DNA of 64,000 bases from Zoogloea sp. Its GTDB lineage: Bacteria; Pseudomonadota; Gammaproteobacteria; Burkholderiales; Rhodocyclaceae. The notes beneath the pieces are model-generated. The model was not told where the DNA came from, made no database searches, and saw only the letters and a list, made by a program, of their open reading frames with translations. Numbering within the stretch: position 1 is the first letter of the stretch; the number at the start of each line of letters is the position of its first letter. Below, one piece after another: positions 50,183-60,011 of this stretch. Location: NCBI RefSeq assembly GCF_041916735.1, contig NZ_JAYRYY010000017.1; one strand, written 5' to 3'. A program made the position numbers and the translations under genes.

Positions 50183-51261
50183 CGGCCGAGCACCTGATGG
50201 TAGAGGGCCAGGTTGCCGTCCACCATGCGGTCGATGGAGAACTCGGCCAGGATGCGCTGCCGGCCGGCCTCGCCGTACTGGCGACGCAGGGCCGGATCGC
50301 CAGCAAGGCGGTCGATGGCTGCGGCCAGTGCGTCCACGTCGCCGGGCGGGCACAGGATGCCGGTCACGCCGTCCTGCACGGCTTCGGGAAGCCCGCCGGC
50401 CCGGCTGGTGATGACCGGCACGCCGGCCGCCGCAGCCTGTAGCAGCGATACGCCCAGGCCTTCCATCTCGGCCGGATGCGCCAGCATGTCGAGACCGCCG
50501 ATCCAGCTCGCCAGATCGTGGCGGAAGCCGGTGAAATGCACCACGCTGTCAAGCCCGCGGGCGGCCACGTCGCTGCGCAGCTCGCCGAGCAGTGGCCCCT
50601 GACCGAAGACCAGCACCTGTAGTTCGGGGTAGCGTTCGACCAGCCCGGGCAGGGCGGAAAACAGGTAGCGGTGACCCTTGCGGGGAATCATCTGGGCCAC
50701 CATGCCAATCACCAGGGCGTCCTGGGGCAGACGGAACTCGGCGCGGAAGGCGGAGGGATCGACAGGTGCGAGGAAGGGGGTCGGGTCCACGGCGCTGCGC
50801 ACGCAGCTCACCTTGTCGGCGGCCAGCCCTTCGTCGAGCAGCACCTGGCGGATGGCCTCGGAGATGGTGATGACGTGGTCGTAGAGCCGGTATTTGATAG
50901 CCACGGCGAGGCGCGACTCGGGGTTGTCCACCCGCCGCGACAGCACGCAGGGCACGCCCGCCAGTTTGGCCGCCAGACCGCCCCAGGTGTCGGCGCCGCG
51001 GCGGCTGTGGAGGTGCACCAGGTCGGGCCGTTCGGCGCGGATCAGGCGCGCCAGACGGAAGACCAGGCCGATGTCACCGTCGCCGCCCATGCGGATGGGC
51101 AGCACCCTTACGCCGGCCGGTGGCTGGCGGCTCATCTCGCTGTCGATGGGGCAGGCCAGCAGGCTGTCGATGCCCCTGGCCGCCAAGCCTTCGGTGATGT
51201 ACTGCACCTGACGGGCACCCCCATAGAGGTGCTTGCCGGCTTCCACGTGGAGGATCTTCAT
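50179..51261 (-). CDS. Glycosyltransferase family 4
   Basis: ILH......YGG..QV, KG..YL, EGLG.SLLQA.A.GVP.I.S..GG.PE. Confidence 0.9.
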   Translation of the reverse strand: MKILHVEAGKHLYGGARQVQYITEGLAARGIDSLLACPIDSEMSRQPPAGVRVLPIRMGGDGDIGLVFRLARLIRAERPDLVHLHSRRGADTWGGLAAKLAGVPCVLSRRVDNPESRLAVAIKYRLYDHVITISEAIRQVLLDEGLAADKVSCVRSAVDPTPFLAPVDPSAFRAEFRLPQDALVIGMVAQMIPRKGHRYLFSALPGLVERYPELQVLVFGQGPLLGELRSDVAARGLDSVVHFTGFRHDLASWIGGLDMLAHPAEMEGLGVSLLQAAAAGVPVITSRAGGLPEAVQDGVTGILCPPGDVDALAAAIDRLAGDPALRRQYGEAGRQRILAEFSIDRMVDGNLALYHQVLGR

Positions 51262-52304
51262 GGCGTGGTGACTTGGGCGGCGAGCATGGCCCGGGCGCGT
51301 TCCAGCACCATGGCAGGGGTGATGTCGCGCAGGCAGGTGAACTTGCCGCCGCAGGTGGGGCGACGTCGGCACGGGGAGCATTCCAGGCCCAGCCAGATCA
51401 CGCTGCCGGTGGGCCGGCCGGTGTCGGTGTAGGGGCAGGTGGAGCCGAAGATGGCCACCGTGGGGCGGGCCAGGGCGGTGCCCATGTGGGTCAGGCCGGT
51501 GTCAACGCCGATGAGCAGGGCCGAGTGGGCGATCACCGCGACAGCCTCGGGCAGGCGGGTCTTGCCGGCCAGGTTGACGATGCGCGGGTCGGCGGCGGCA
51601 ATACGAGCGGCAGCCTCGGTATCGGCCGGGCCGCCGAGGATCACCGGGGTCAGGCCGGTGGCCTCGATCAGTAACGGGGCCAGGGCCTGCCAGGCGTCCT
51701 CGAACCAGTGCTTCTGGGGCCGCGTGGTGAAGGGGGCGAAGACGGCGTAGGCCCCCGGGGCCAGACCGTGATCGGCGAGGGTGCTGCGCACGGCCGCATC
51801 GGTCGCCGGGGCCACGCTGAGGGTGGGCAGGAAATCCCCCGCGTCAAAACCCATCTGGCGCGCCAAGTATTGGTATTCGGAGCCGATCCGGGCGGCCTCG
51901 CCTCCCCGCGGGATGACTTCGCTCATGAGCCACTGGCTGCCTTCCTTCGACCCCAGCCCGACCCGCCGGGGGGCCCCCGACAGCCAGGTGAGGAATCCGC
52001 TCTTCAGCAGACCCTGGAGGTCCAGGGCCAGATCGAAGCGGCGTGCGTGCAGTTCCCGCCGCAATTGGCCCACGCGCCGCAACAGTTCGAGGCGCTGGCC
52101 GGACTTCCACAGGCGTACCCACTCGGCCTTTGACCAGGGGATCACTTCATCGATGTCGCGGTCGGGCAGCAGCAGTTCGTGGATACCCGGCTCAACGAGC
52201 CAGGCGATATGGGCGTCCGGATGGCGGCGCCGGATGGCCCCGGGCAGGGCCGAGGCAAACACCACGTCACCGATGGCGGAGCTGCGCACGATCAGCACCC
52301 GCAT
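51258..52304 (-). CDS. Glycosyltransferase family 9 (LPS heptosyltransferase-like)
   Basis: VLIVR.SAIGDVV, DLQGLLKS, K.W, G.DTG..H...A...PT..IFG.T. Confidence 0.92.
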   Translation of the reverse strand: MRVLIVRSSAIGDVVFASALPGAIRRRHPDAHIAWLVEPGIHELLLPDRDIDEVIPWSKAEWVRLWKSGQRLELLRRVGQLRRELHARRFDLALDLQGLLKSGFLTWLSGAPRRVGLGSKEGSQWLMSEVIPRGGEAARIGSEYQYLARQMGFDAGDFLPTLSVAPATDAAVRSTLADHGLAPGAYAVFAPFTTRPQKHWFEDAWQALAPLLIEATGLTPVILGGPADTEAAARIAAADPRIVNLAGKTRLPEAVAVIAHSALLIGVDTGLTHMGTALARPTVAIFGSTCPYTDTGRPTGSVIWLGLECSPCRRRPTCGGKFTCLRDITPAMVLERARAMLAAQVTTP

Positions 52305-52460
52305 TGTCAGCTCCGCGCCATAGGGTGGAGCGCCGCAAATGGGGGCGGGCGGTGCGCAAGGGCGCAGGCGGGATCGGCGGGAAGCAGCGGCATCAACAAC
52401 GCGGGCGAGGGCGGGAAGGCGCTATTGTGCCCCAATCCGGCCTGCTTTCTTCCGCTGAAG

Positions 52461-53222
52461 TCAGGCAGGCAGGGGGTTGCGGCGGATGGGGGCGCTCTTG
52501 TAGGCGTTGCGCGCCAGGAGTTTCCAGAACAGTCCAAAGGCGGTGGTGCCTTGGTGTACGGCTTTGCGAGGCAGGGTCAGCAGATCATCGGCGGGGGTGG
52601 CGGCTGCGCGCAGGCAGGTGGTGCCGGTCAGGTAGCCCGCGGCGGCGGCGGCCTCCACGGCCCGCAGGTCATGGCTGCCATAGGGGTAGCAGAAGTGCTC
52701 TACAGGCGAACCCAGCACGTCCTGGAGCACCTTCCTGCTGTCGGCAAGCTCCCGGGTGATGGAAGCGGCGGAGTCCAGCGTGGCCAGGCGGGGATGACTC
52801 AGGGTATGGGAGCCCACGGTGAAACCCATGGCCTGAACCTCTTTCAACTGGGCAGCGTTCATCAGCGGGGCCGGGCTTAGTCCTTCGGGGGCGACCCAGT
52901 CGGAATGCCCTCCCAGTTTTCCGGCCACCGCGTAGACGCAGGCCGGATAGCCATGTTCCGCCAGCACCGGCGCCGCATGTTCGAGAAAATCCACGTAGGC
53001 GTCGTCAAAGGTCAGGGCGACGGCCCGGGGCGGCAGCTCAGTCTCACCGCGCAGGCCGGCAACGGCCGTATCAAGGCTGATCACGGGGTAGCCGAGGCGC
53101 CGGAGCATGCCCATCTGCGCCTTGAACCGGGGCAGGTGGCAATACTGGCCTCGATGGGTGGGCATGCGGTCGGGAAAATCGCCGACCCGGTGGTACATCA
53201 GAATATGGATACGTGCGGTCAA
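52461..53222 (-). CDS. Polysaccharide deacetylase (NodB/CE4), copy 2
   Basis: ILMYHRV, LTFDDAY, GSHTLSH, FCYPYG; visibly paralogous to 48378-49127. Confidence 0.9.
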   Translation of the reverse strand: MTARIHILMYHRVGDFPDRMPTHRGQYCHLPRFKAQMGMLRRLGYPVISLDTAVAGLRGETELPPRAVALTFDDAYVDFLEHAAPVLAEHGYPACVYAVAGKLGGHSDWVAPEGLSPAPLMNAAQLKEVQAMGFTVGSHTLSHPRLATLDSAASITRELADSRKVLQDVLGSPVEHFCYPYGSHDLRAVEAAAAAGYLTGTTCLRAAATPADDLLTLPRKAVHQGTTAFGLFWKLLARNAYKSAPIRRNPLPA

Positions 53223-53234
53223 GTGCAGCCCCTC

Positions 53235-53927
53235 TCACACCCTGGCTTGAACAAAAGCCCACACGATCAACCCGACGAAGCCCGTCCACACGCAGATATT
53301 GCGGATCTTCTTGAGGGAGCGCTGGAGCTTGACGCGCTGCCGGCTGGCCTGGAAATGCTCGACCACCGGGGTCTCGTCGCCCCGGTCAAAGATCTTCACG
53401 TAGCTGGATGGCAAGGCGGCGACGCGGAGGGTGGGCGTGCGCGCCATTGCCGCCGTGAAACTGTCCTGGTCCACCCCGAGCAGCATGTTCTCCTGGGCGT
53501 CGATCCACGACTGGACGAAGGTTCGCACGGCGGGCACATTGCGCAGAAAGAGCGTACCCGTAAGGTAGGGGTGGGACATGCCGCTGTCGGGGGACGCCTT
53601 GAATACACCCAGATCGGCCGGGAAGTCGTCAAACAGCACCAGGGGCGAACGCACGACGGAGTCGGCGTCGAGGTAGACGATGTTGCGATCCGGAAAGCGG
53701 GTCAGGCATTCGAGCAGGAACTCGGGTTTGATCCGGGTATTGGCCTCCCAGAAGCCTCGGCTGGCATAGCGTTTGAAGAAGCCGGGCGTGCCGGTGGCGT
53801 CCAGGGAGGCGCGCAGTGCCTCGGCCTCACGAGTGTAGTTATCGGTATAGAAGCAGCAAGCGACGAAAGATCCGTTGCCGGACCCTTCAATGAAGCGCTC
53901 TCCCTCTTTCAGATCATTTTGTGACAT
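53235..53927 (-). CDS. Putative GT-A fold glycosyltransferase (nucleotide-diphospho-sugar transferase-like)
   Basis: FYT..Y...A..L..SL, KP.F....L, VYLDADS (DxD), GTLF; C-terminal TM anchor. Confidence 0.65.
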   Translation of the reverse strand: MSQNDLKEGERFIEGSGNGSFVACCFYTDNYTREAEALRASLDATGTPGFFKRYASRGFWEANTRIKPEFLLECLTRFPDRNIVYLDADSVVRSPLVLFDDFPADLGVFKASPDSGMSHPYLTGTLFLRNVPAVRTFVQSWIDAQENMLLGVDQDSFTAAMARTPTLRVAALPSSYVKIFDRGDETPVVEHFQASRQRVKLQRSLKKIRNICVWTGFVGLIVWAFVQARV

Positions 53928-54076
53928 TCAGGTATCAGGGGTCTTTTTTCCGATTATCACCGAAAAGAACCCCCTGAAACCCACCGATCTTTACATTTGT
54001 AAGCAGATATTCGGGAACAAATCCCTTTCCTTTCAAATACCTGTCATCACCCTGTCAAAATGGCCGGGAACTCGGC

Positions 54077-55111
54077 TTACACACCGTTCAGGCCGGGCGC
54101 ATGCAGCTCCCTCATGCGACGCAGGACGTCGTCGACATGGATGGCCGACATGCCTTCGCCGACCAGCGCGTGCAACAGCGGATCATGGGCAAGGGGCGGT
54201 GTGACACCGAAAAGCCCGAGGGACGGCACGCCGTTGGCAACCGCCATGTTCAAGACCCCCGTATCGTTGCCCAGGCAGAACTGGCATTGGCGCAGCAGGG
54301 CGGCGGAGCGCTGGATGGATGCCTGAGTGGAGGCGACGAGGTTGCCGCGCAGGTGTGAAGGTGTGGCTTCGACGATGGCCCGGGCTGCGTCCGCCTCCGC
54401 CGGGCCGCCGAGCAGCACCACGGCGATGCCCTCTTCCAGCAGGTGCGTTGCCAGCTCCGCAAAGCGCGGCGCCCCCCAGTTCTTGCGGGCTTCCGAGGTT
54501 CCGATCGAGAAGGCATGGCGGTGGGGCGGGAATGCCCGCAGGTCTTTCTCGGCCTGGGCGAGGGCATCGGGCAGCACAGCCATGCGTGGTACGACCGGCC
54601 CATCGACCAGGCCGTGGGCAATACTGAAGGCGGTTGCCTCCGGGAACACCCAGTTGCCGGGCCCGGTGTAAGGCTGGATGAAAGCTTGTTCGGTAAGTAT
54701 CAGGCGTTCCAGGGCTGTGAAACCGAAGCCGATGCGCTGCGGAATACCGGCCAGGACGGCCATCAGCGCGTAGCGGGCCCGTCCGGAAAAGATGAAGATG
54801 CGCTCGTAGCGGCGGGCCCGCAGCGCGCGGATGAAGGCCAACTGGGCGAAAAAACCGTCATGCCGACCCTTGCGGTGCTCGGATTTGCGCGGCCGGTGAT
54901 CGTACTCGATCACCTCGTCCACCCAATTCTCGGCGGCCAGCACGTCGACGGCCCGGGATGACGGCCTCGCCATCACACTGGCCTTGCCCCCCGCGCTCCG
55001 TTCGGCGATTGCACGCAGGTAGGGCAGATGCCAGACCAGATCACCAATTCCGCTACGGTGGTGGACCACCAGGGTACGCGGGCGGAGTCCGCCTTCCAGG
55101 GGTTTGCTCAT
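54077..55111 (-). CDS. Glycosyltransferase family 9
   Basis: GIGDLVW, KNW....F.EL, GNDTG.LNMA.A.G.P..GLFG.T. Confidence 0.88.
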   Translation of the reverse strand: MSKPLEGGLRPRTLVVHHRSGIGDLVWHLPYLRAIAERSAGGKASVMARPSSRAVDVLAAENWVDEVIEYDHRPRKSEHRKGRHDGFFAQLAFIRALRARRYERIFIFSGRARYALMAVLAGIPQRIGFGFTALERLILTEQAFIQPYTGPGNWVFPEATAFSIAHGLVDGPVVPRMAVLPDALAQAEKDLRAFPPHRHAFSIGTSEARKNWGAPRFAELATHLLEEGIAVVLLGGPAEADAARAIVEATPSHLRGNLVASTQASIQRSAALLRQCQFCLGNDTGVLNMAVANGVPSLGLFGVTPPLAHDPLLHALVGEGMSAIHVDDVLRRMRELHAPGLNGV

Positions 55112-55845
55112 CGGCCCGCCTCCCGCTGGCGGCGCATCTCGGCCCGAAGCTGCCGGGCCATCAGCTTCACGGTCAGCTTGCGGCGCTGGGACATGGCGAC
55201 ACGGGCCAGATGCCGCAGGAAGGTCTTGCGGTCGCTGCTGCCATAACGTCCGACGATGGTGCTGGCGAGGCTCGGGTCTTCCTCGACCACGGTGGGCGTC
55301 AGGACGGGAATGCGCAGGCCATGACGCCAATACAGATCCAGGGTGTCGTCGATGGGGCAGTTCAGCGTATTCAGGCGCTGTAGCATCCGCCGTGCGCCGG
55401 TCTGGCTGACCAGGTAGCCCTGGGTGCCGCTCGGGTTCTTGGTGGGGAGCACAATGCGGGCGCCACCGGGCAGGATCGCCAGGGGCTCGCCACGGATGGG
55501 CCGCAATGCGGATAGACGCACGGCGTCAAAGGGAACCCCGCTGGCCAGCACCTGGTGCACGATCTCCATCAGGTTCGGGCTACAGCGCACGTCGTCTTCG
55601 AGGACGATGGCATGATTCAGACCGCGTGCGACCACCGTTTCCCAGAAGCGTACATGGCTGAGGTAGCAGCCGATCTCCCCCGCAGACAGATCGGGATGGG
55701 TGCCCGGTGGCAATGCCTCGGGCGGCACGCGGGCGCCCTCGACCGCGGGAAGGATCTCCGCTTTCAGGCCCAGGTCACGAAGATGGGCAAGGATCTGCTC
55801 ACGCCTTTCCGTGGCCCGCTCCATATTGATAACGAAGATATCCAT
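55108..55845 (-). CDS. Glycosyltransferase family 25 (LPS biosynthesis)
   Basis: IFVIN..RA.ERR, GEIGCYLSH, A.VLEDD, GTQGY.VS..GA, PID. Confidence 0.92.
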   Translation of the reverse strand: MDIFVINMERATERREQILAHLRDLGLKAEILPAVEGARVPPEALPPGTHPDLSAGEIGCYLSHVRFWETVVARGLNHAIVLEDDVRCSPNLMEIVHQVLASGVPFDAVRLSALRPIRGEPLAILPGGARIVLPTKNPSGTQGYLVSQTGARRMLQRLNTLNCPIDDTLDLYWRHGLRIPVLTPTVVEEDPSLASTIVGRYGSSDRKTFLRHLARVAMSQRRKLTVKLMARQLRAEMRRQREAGR

Positions 55846-55850
55846 GGGGC

Positions 55851-56744
55851 TCAGTCTTCCCGGTCCTGGCGATGTCCGAAGAGCTTCATGATGTCGCGTT
55901 TTTTCTTCTCCACCAGACCGGCCAGGCCATGACGGAGCCCCGCCAGGTGCCCCGGGCGGACGTGGATGGCGATGACCCGGGGGGTGCGCTCGATGGGCGG
56001 AAGGGTGTCGAGAATGGCATTCAATTCGTCGGCCGGTACGACGCCATCAGCCGCCAGTTTGCGGTAAAAGGCGCCGGAGGCCTGGATCGGCTTGACGTGG
56101 CGGATCACCGCCGTATCGATGATTCCGACCCGGCCACCCTCGGCACGCGCCAGATGACTGAAGGCGTAGTCACTGCCCCAGGTGCTGCGGGTAACCGGAA
56201 TGTCCGCCAGCTTGCGTGCCAAGAAGGCGGTATCGAAGCACGGGCACATGATCTCGACGAAATTGGTCTCGCGCCATTCGGCAAGGGGGTTTCTGAGCAT
56301 GATGCGCAGCGACCAGTAGCCGCTCCAGTCCTGGGCAGGATGGGACACGGTCAGCCCCAGGCGGTCGGCCTGCGCGAAGAAGGCCGACAAGCTGCCCACG
56401 GTCAGGTCCAGGTCGTCGTCGGCTAGCAGCACTTGGCGATAGGGGCTCAGATCAAGCCTGCCGGAGGTGACGCAGTCGCGGAAATGTTCCAGTTTGTTGT
56501 AACCGCCTGTTTCCGTGGCAATGGCAGCCGGATCGGCGGGCGTCGGCGTGTAACAACTGAGGAAGAGATCCCAGTTGCGCTCGGGTTCCTGCGCCAGCCA
56601 ACGGGGGTAGAGGCCATTGGCGCCAGTGCGCATGAACACAAGATAGGGCCGCGAGCCCGCTCGGGAGTCTGTCGGTGATTGAGACGGGAAGGCGGCAGGC
56701 TCCGACGAAGGCGCCGGGCTCGGCAGGGTGGGCGCAAGCGACAT
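55851..56744 (-). CDS. DUF707-like putative glycosyltransferase
   Basis: WDL.L..Y, Y..V.L.DDD, F......L.VS.PA, TNFVEIM.P.F, WG.D, I.I.D...V.H.KP. Confidence 0.65.
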   Translation of the reverse strand: MSLAPTLPSPAPSSEPAAFPSQSPTDSRAGSRPYLVFMRTGANGLYPRWLAQEPERNWDLFLSCYTPTPADPAAIATETGGYNKLEHFRDCVTSGRLDLSPYRQVLLADDDLDLTVGSLSAFFAQADRLGLTVSHPAQDWSGYWSLRIMLRNPLAEWRETNFVEIMCPCFDTAFLARKLADIPVTRSTWGSDYAFSHLARAEGGRVGIIDTAVIRHVKPIQASGAFYRKLAADGVVPADELNAILDTLPPIERTPRVIAIHVRPGHLAGLRHGLAGLVEKKKRDIMKLFGHRQDRED

Positions 56745-56872
56745 ATCGTCCGCATTGTGCCGTAATCCCTCGATTTGTGTGTCCCGACTTCGCCGGGGAA
56801 ATCTGTTGGTGGCTGCTTTGCGCTAACCTTCGGGAATTGCCCGTCTCGCCGGATCATCGGCCTGCCCCCTGG

Positions 56873-57679
56873 ATGCTCGATCTCCCCAACGTCAGTCTGG
56901 TCTGCCTCGATACCCGCCATCCGGAGCTCGCGGTTTTTGCGATGCGGCGCTGCCTTGATCAGGCCCGGTTTGGTGAAGCGGTGCTGCTGACGGTGGCGGA
57001 CTACGTCAGCCCCGATCAGCGCATCCGCGTCCAGCCAGTGATGCGCCTGCGCAGCGTGGCCGACTACTCGGCCTTCATCATCAAGTCCTTGGGCGCTCAG
57101 GTGGGCGGGAGCCATGTGCTGGTGATGCAATGGGACAGCTTCATTCTCGATGCCGCGGCCTGGGACCCGGCCTTCCTCGATTACGACTACCTGGGCGCCC
57201 CCTGGCCGCACCGGGTGCCGCCGGTGGGGAATGGTGGTTTTTCCTTGCGCTCCCGGCGCCTGCTCGATGCCCTTCAAGACCCGGCGATCCGCGATTTTCA
57301 GCCTGAAGACTACTGCATCTGCGAGCTTTACCGGGATCGCCTGGAAGGAGAGCACGGTGTCCGCTTTGCACCGCCGGAACTGGCACGGCGCTTCTCATTC
57401 GAGCTGGAGGCGCCGAGCGGGCCTGCCTTCGGCTTCCATGGCCTGTTCAACTTCCACCGGGCGCTGTCCGAGCCGGAGCTGCTGGCTTGGCTGGACAAGG
57501 CACCGGCAGGGCTGCTGCGTTCCATGCAGGGCCGCCGGTTGGTGAAGAACCTGATTCAAGCCGGTCGCAGCGCGCCGGCCCGGAAGATTCTCCAGGTGCG
57601 AGCCCGCGGTGGCCTCAAGTTGCGGCTCGATGCCCTCAAACTGGGCAGCCTGTTGGCGGCCCGGCGCCTGTGGACGTGA
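56873..57679 (+). CDS. DUF5672-like putative glycosyltransferase
   Basis: L.NV.LV..D, YS.F..K.L, VLV.QWD.FI.....W...FL.YDY.GAPW, VGNGGFSLRS.RL, ED...C, FGFHG. Confidence 0.78.
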   Translation: MLDLPNVSLVCLDTRHPELAVFAMRRCLDQARFGEAVLLTVADYVSPDQRIRVQPVMRLRSVADYSAFIIKSLGAQVGGSHVLVMQWDSFILDAAAWDPAFLDYDYLGAPWPHRVPPVGNGGFSLRSRRLLDALQDPAIRDFQPEDYCICELYRDRLEGEHGVRFAPPELARRFSFELEAPSGPAFGFHGLFNFHRALSEPELLAWLDKAPAGLLRSMQGRRLVKNLIQAGRSAPARKILQVRARGGLKLRLDALKLGSLLAARRLWT

Positions 57680-57685
57680 TGCCGG

Positions 57686-58975
57686 TCAGGTCCGGGGCGG
57701 CGTGGCGGGATGGGCGCCGGCCGCAAATATCGCCAGCAATACGCAGAACGCCAGCGTGCCGAGGGAAGAGGCAAACATCGACCCCACGTTGGAAAACACC
57801 AGCTCGCCGATCAGGAGCACCAGCCCCCAGGTGGCAAACAGGCGCTTGTCTGCGTCGGGGCTGCGCCGGGCCGCGATGAAGTGGCCCAGCGTGCCGGCCC
57901 AGAAGGCCAGCATGGCCAGGGTGCCCACCACTCCGGTGGTGGTGAGATGATCAATGAACAGGTTGTGCAGCCCACCGAAGGTGTTCAGGATTGGCGGCAG
58001 GGTGCCTGCCGCCACGGCAGACGCCACCGCGTTGCGGAAATTGCCCAGGCCGATTCCGAACACCGGATTGGCCAGAAACTGCTCCCAGCCCCACTGCCAG
58101 CTCAGCAGACGCAGGCCGAGGGATGTTTCCCGTGCGCTCGAAGACCCGGGGTCGGCGAGATAGGCCCGGACCTCGGAGATCCCTTCGGCCAGCCGCATGC
58201 CGACCAGTTCGCTGGCGAGCAGGGTGGCCAGCAGGGTTGATACGACACCCGTAATCACCCAGCGCCGGGGGATGGCGCGGCGGTCCGGCATGGTCAGGAC
58301 GGCCAGCGCCATCAGCGGCAATGCCGTCCACGCCGAACGGGTCTCGGATAACAGGGCCGCCATCAGTCCGCCCGCGATGGCCAGCACAGCCAGGGCTGGC
58401 GCTCCGGACAGGGGGCGGCCACCGACCGCGAGCCCCCCGGCCAGCCCGGCCACCGCCACCACTGCGCTGTAGTTGCCGAAGGGGCCGGGGCTCGAAAACG
58501 GCCCCATCGGCCGTCCGGAGTTGAGAGCCAGCAGCCCGGGGCCGCCACCGCTGCCGACAGCCAGAGCGGCCAGCGCACCCGCAGCCAGGCCAGCCAGGGC
58601 CAGACCGAACAGCATCGACCGGCGGGATATGCCCTGCTTGCGGAACAGCAGGTACACCAACAACGCGGCCAGCAGGTGGGCCGGCCGGTCAAGGGCCCGG
58701 GCGTTCCAGCCGAGCAGTGCCATATTGAGCAGGTAGGTGGCCGGGAGTGCTGCGCAGGCCAGCATGAAGCGCCGATCAAGACGGTCGGGCCGATACCCGG
58801 ACATGACGGCCAGCACCAGCCCGCCGGCGGCCATCAGGACAGCCAGATTGCGGGCCAGCCCGGCCGAGAGCATCAGCCCGAGCAGGAACAGGGGGGCAAG
58901 CCAGGGTTCCAGGCTGGCGGCAAGGCCGGGCAGCCAGGCGGCGGGCTGAGAGGAATGGTGGCGCTCAGTCGACAT
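57686..58975 (-). CDS. O-antigen ligase-like (WaaL/Wzy_C) membrane protein
   Basis: Many TMs; S.TR.AW; periplasmic loop with TS.GLRL..W...W..F...P..G.G; LHN.F.D. Confidence 0.82.
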   Translation of the reverse strand: MSTERHHSSQPAAWLPGLAASLEPWLAPLFLLGLMLSAGLARNLAVLMAAGGLVLAVMSGYRPDRLDRRFMLACAALPATYLLNMALLGWNARALDRPAHLLAALLVYLLFRKQGISRRSMLFGLALAGLAAGALAALAVGSGGGPGLLALNSGRPMGPFSSPGPFGNYSAVVAVAGLAGGLAVGGRPLSGAPALAVLAIAGGLMAALLSETRSAWTALPLMALAVLTMPDRRAIPRRWVITGVVSTLLATLLASELVGMRLAEGISEVRAYLADPGSSSARETSLGLRLLSWQWGWEQFLANPVFGIGLGNFRNAVASAVAAGTLPPILNTFGGLHNLFIDHLTTTGVVGTLAMLAFWAGTLGHFIAARRSPDADKRLFATWGLVLLIGELVFSNVGSMFASSLGTLAFCVLLAIFAAGAHPATPPRT

Positions 58976-60002
58976 CGAGTAGACAAACCCCGGTGGTGCG
59001 GAAGGCCTCCCTCATCTGGCGCATCTCGGCGTCGGACTTGAAGCGCACCCGGTTCCAGCCAAAGGCCACCACCCGGGTCGCCGCCGGGCTGGTCTGGCGG
59101 GCGAACAACAGGGCGCTTGAGCGTACTCCGACCACTGCGTCGTAGGGGGTGTTGGCGAGGTGTACTTCGAGGGGTTCGTCGAGGGTCACAAGGGTGTAGT
59201 CCGGATGATTGAGTTCCAGCTCGGGGTCTTTCGGGTGTCCCTTGTAAAAGATCTGCCCCATGCCTTCCGCCATCAGCCAGGCGTGTATCCCGGCGCTCAC
59301 CGCGTCGCGGTCGGCGGGCTTCATCAGGCCGGCGCCCACCAGCGGCTGACCGATGACCAGCGCGCGCCGCGGGCCTTCAGCCACGGCGGTGTCGCCACGC
59401 GGTGTGACCAGCGGCGGCAGGACGACCGTCCTGTCGGCGGGGTATTCGTGGGGCAGGCCGGGGAGCACGTAGATGCGATCGCAAAAGGCTGCGTCGGAGC
59501 CGATGCGATCGCCCGAAAAGCACCAGTAGTCGAGCTCCGGGGCGATCAGACGGCGCAGCTTGCGGGCGTATTGGGCCAGCCGCTTGCCCGCACTCAGGGG
59601 ATAACGGCGGATGCTGATGAGCCCGTCGGGCAGGATGCGCGCGCGCATCTGGTCGGCCCCGGCGGCCCGCGGCAGTGCGCGCAGGAAGTAGTTGATGGCC
59701 TCGGTATCGAAGACGGCGCTGTGGATGTGCAGGGTGGTGCAGCGGCCGACCATGCCGGCCACCAGGCGGATGTTGGCGCGCTGCCGGCGCAGGCGCCCGA
59801 AAGGGCCGGGCAGGGGTTCCCAGCGCGGCCACGGCATGTACGCCGCCGCATCCCAGTCGGCTTCGCGGACGATGGGGGTGACGCCGGGCTTGTACCACAC
59901 CAGCACCTGTCGGGCGCCCTGCTCGTGGGTTTCGGCGATGCGACGGGCAGCCAGATATTGCAGCGGCGAGGCGACGAAATAGACGGCGACGCGATCGCTC
60001 AT
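58965..60002 (-). CDS. CMP-sugar-dependent glycosyltransferase (sialyl-/Kdo-transferase-like, GT-B)
   Basis: YF..SPLQY start, YKGHPKD (HP motif) and GVRSSAL (S-S motif), as in bacterial sialyltransferase families. Confidence 0.65.
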   Translation of the reverse strand: MSDRVAVYFVASPLQYLAARRIAETHEQGARQVLVWYKPGVTPIVREADWDAAAYMPWPRWEPLPGPFGRLRRQRANIRLVAGMVGRCTTLHIHSAVFDTEAINYFLRALPRAAGADQMRARILPDGLISIRRYPLSAGKRLAQYARKLRRLIAPELDYWCFSGDRIGSDAAFCDRIYVLPGLPHEYPADRTVVLPPLVTPRGDTAVAEGPRRALVIGQPLVGAGLMKPADRDAVSAGIHAWLMAEGMGQIFYKGHPKDPELELNHPDYTLVTLDEPLEVHLANTPYDAVVGVRSSALLFARQTSPAATRVVAFGWNRVRFKSDAEMRQMREAFRTTGVCLLDVD

Positions 60003-60011
60003 GGGATGACC

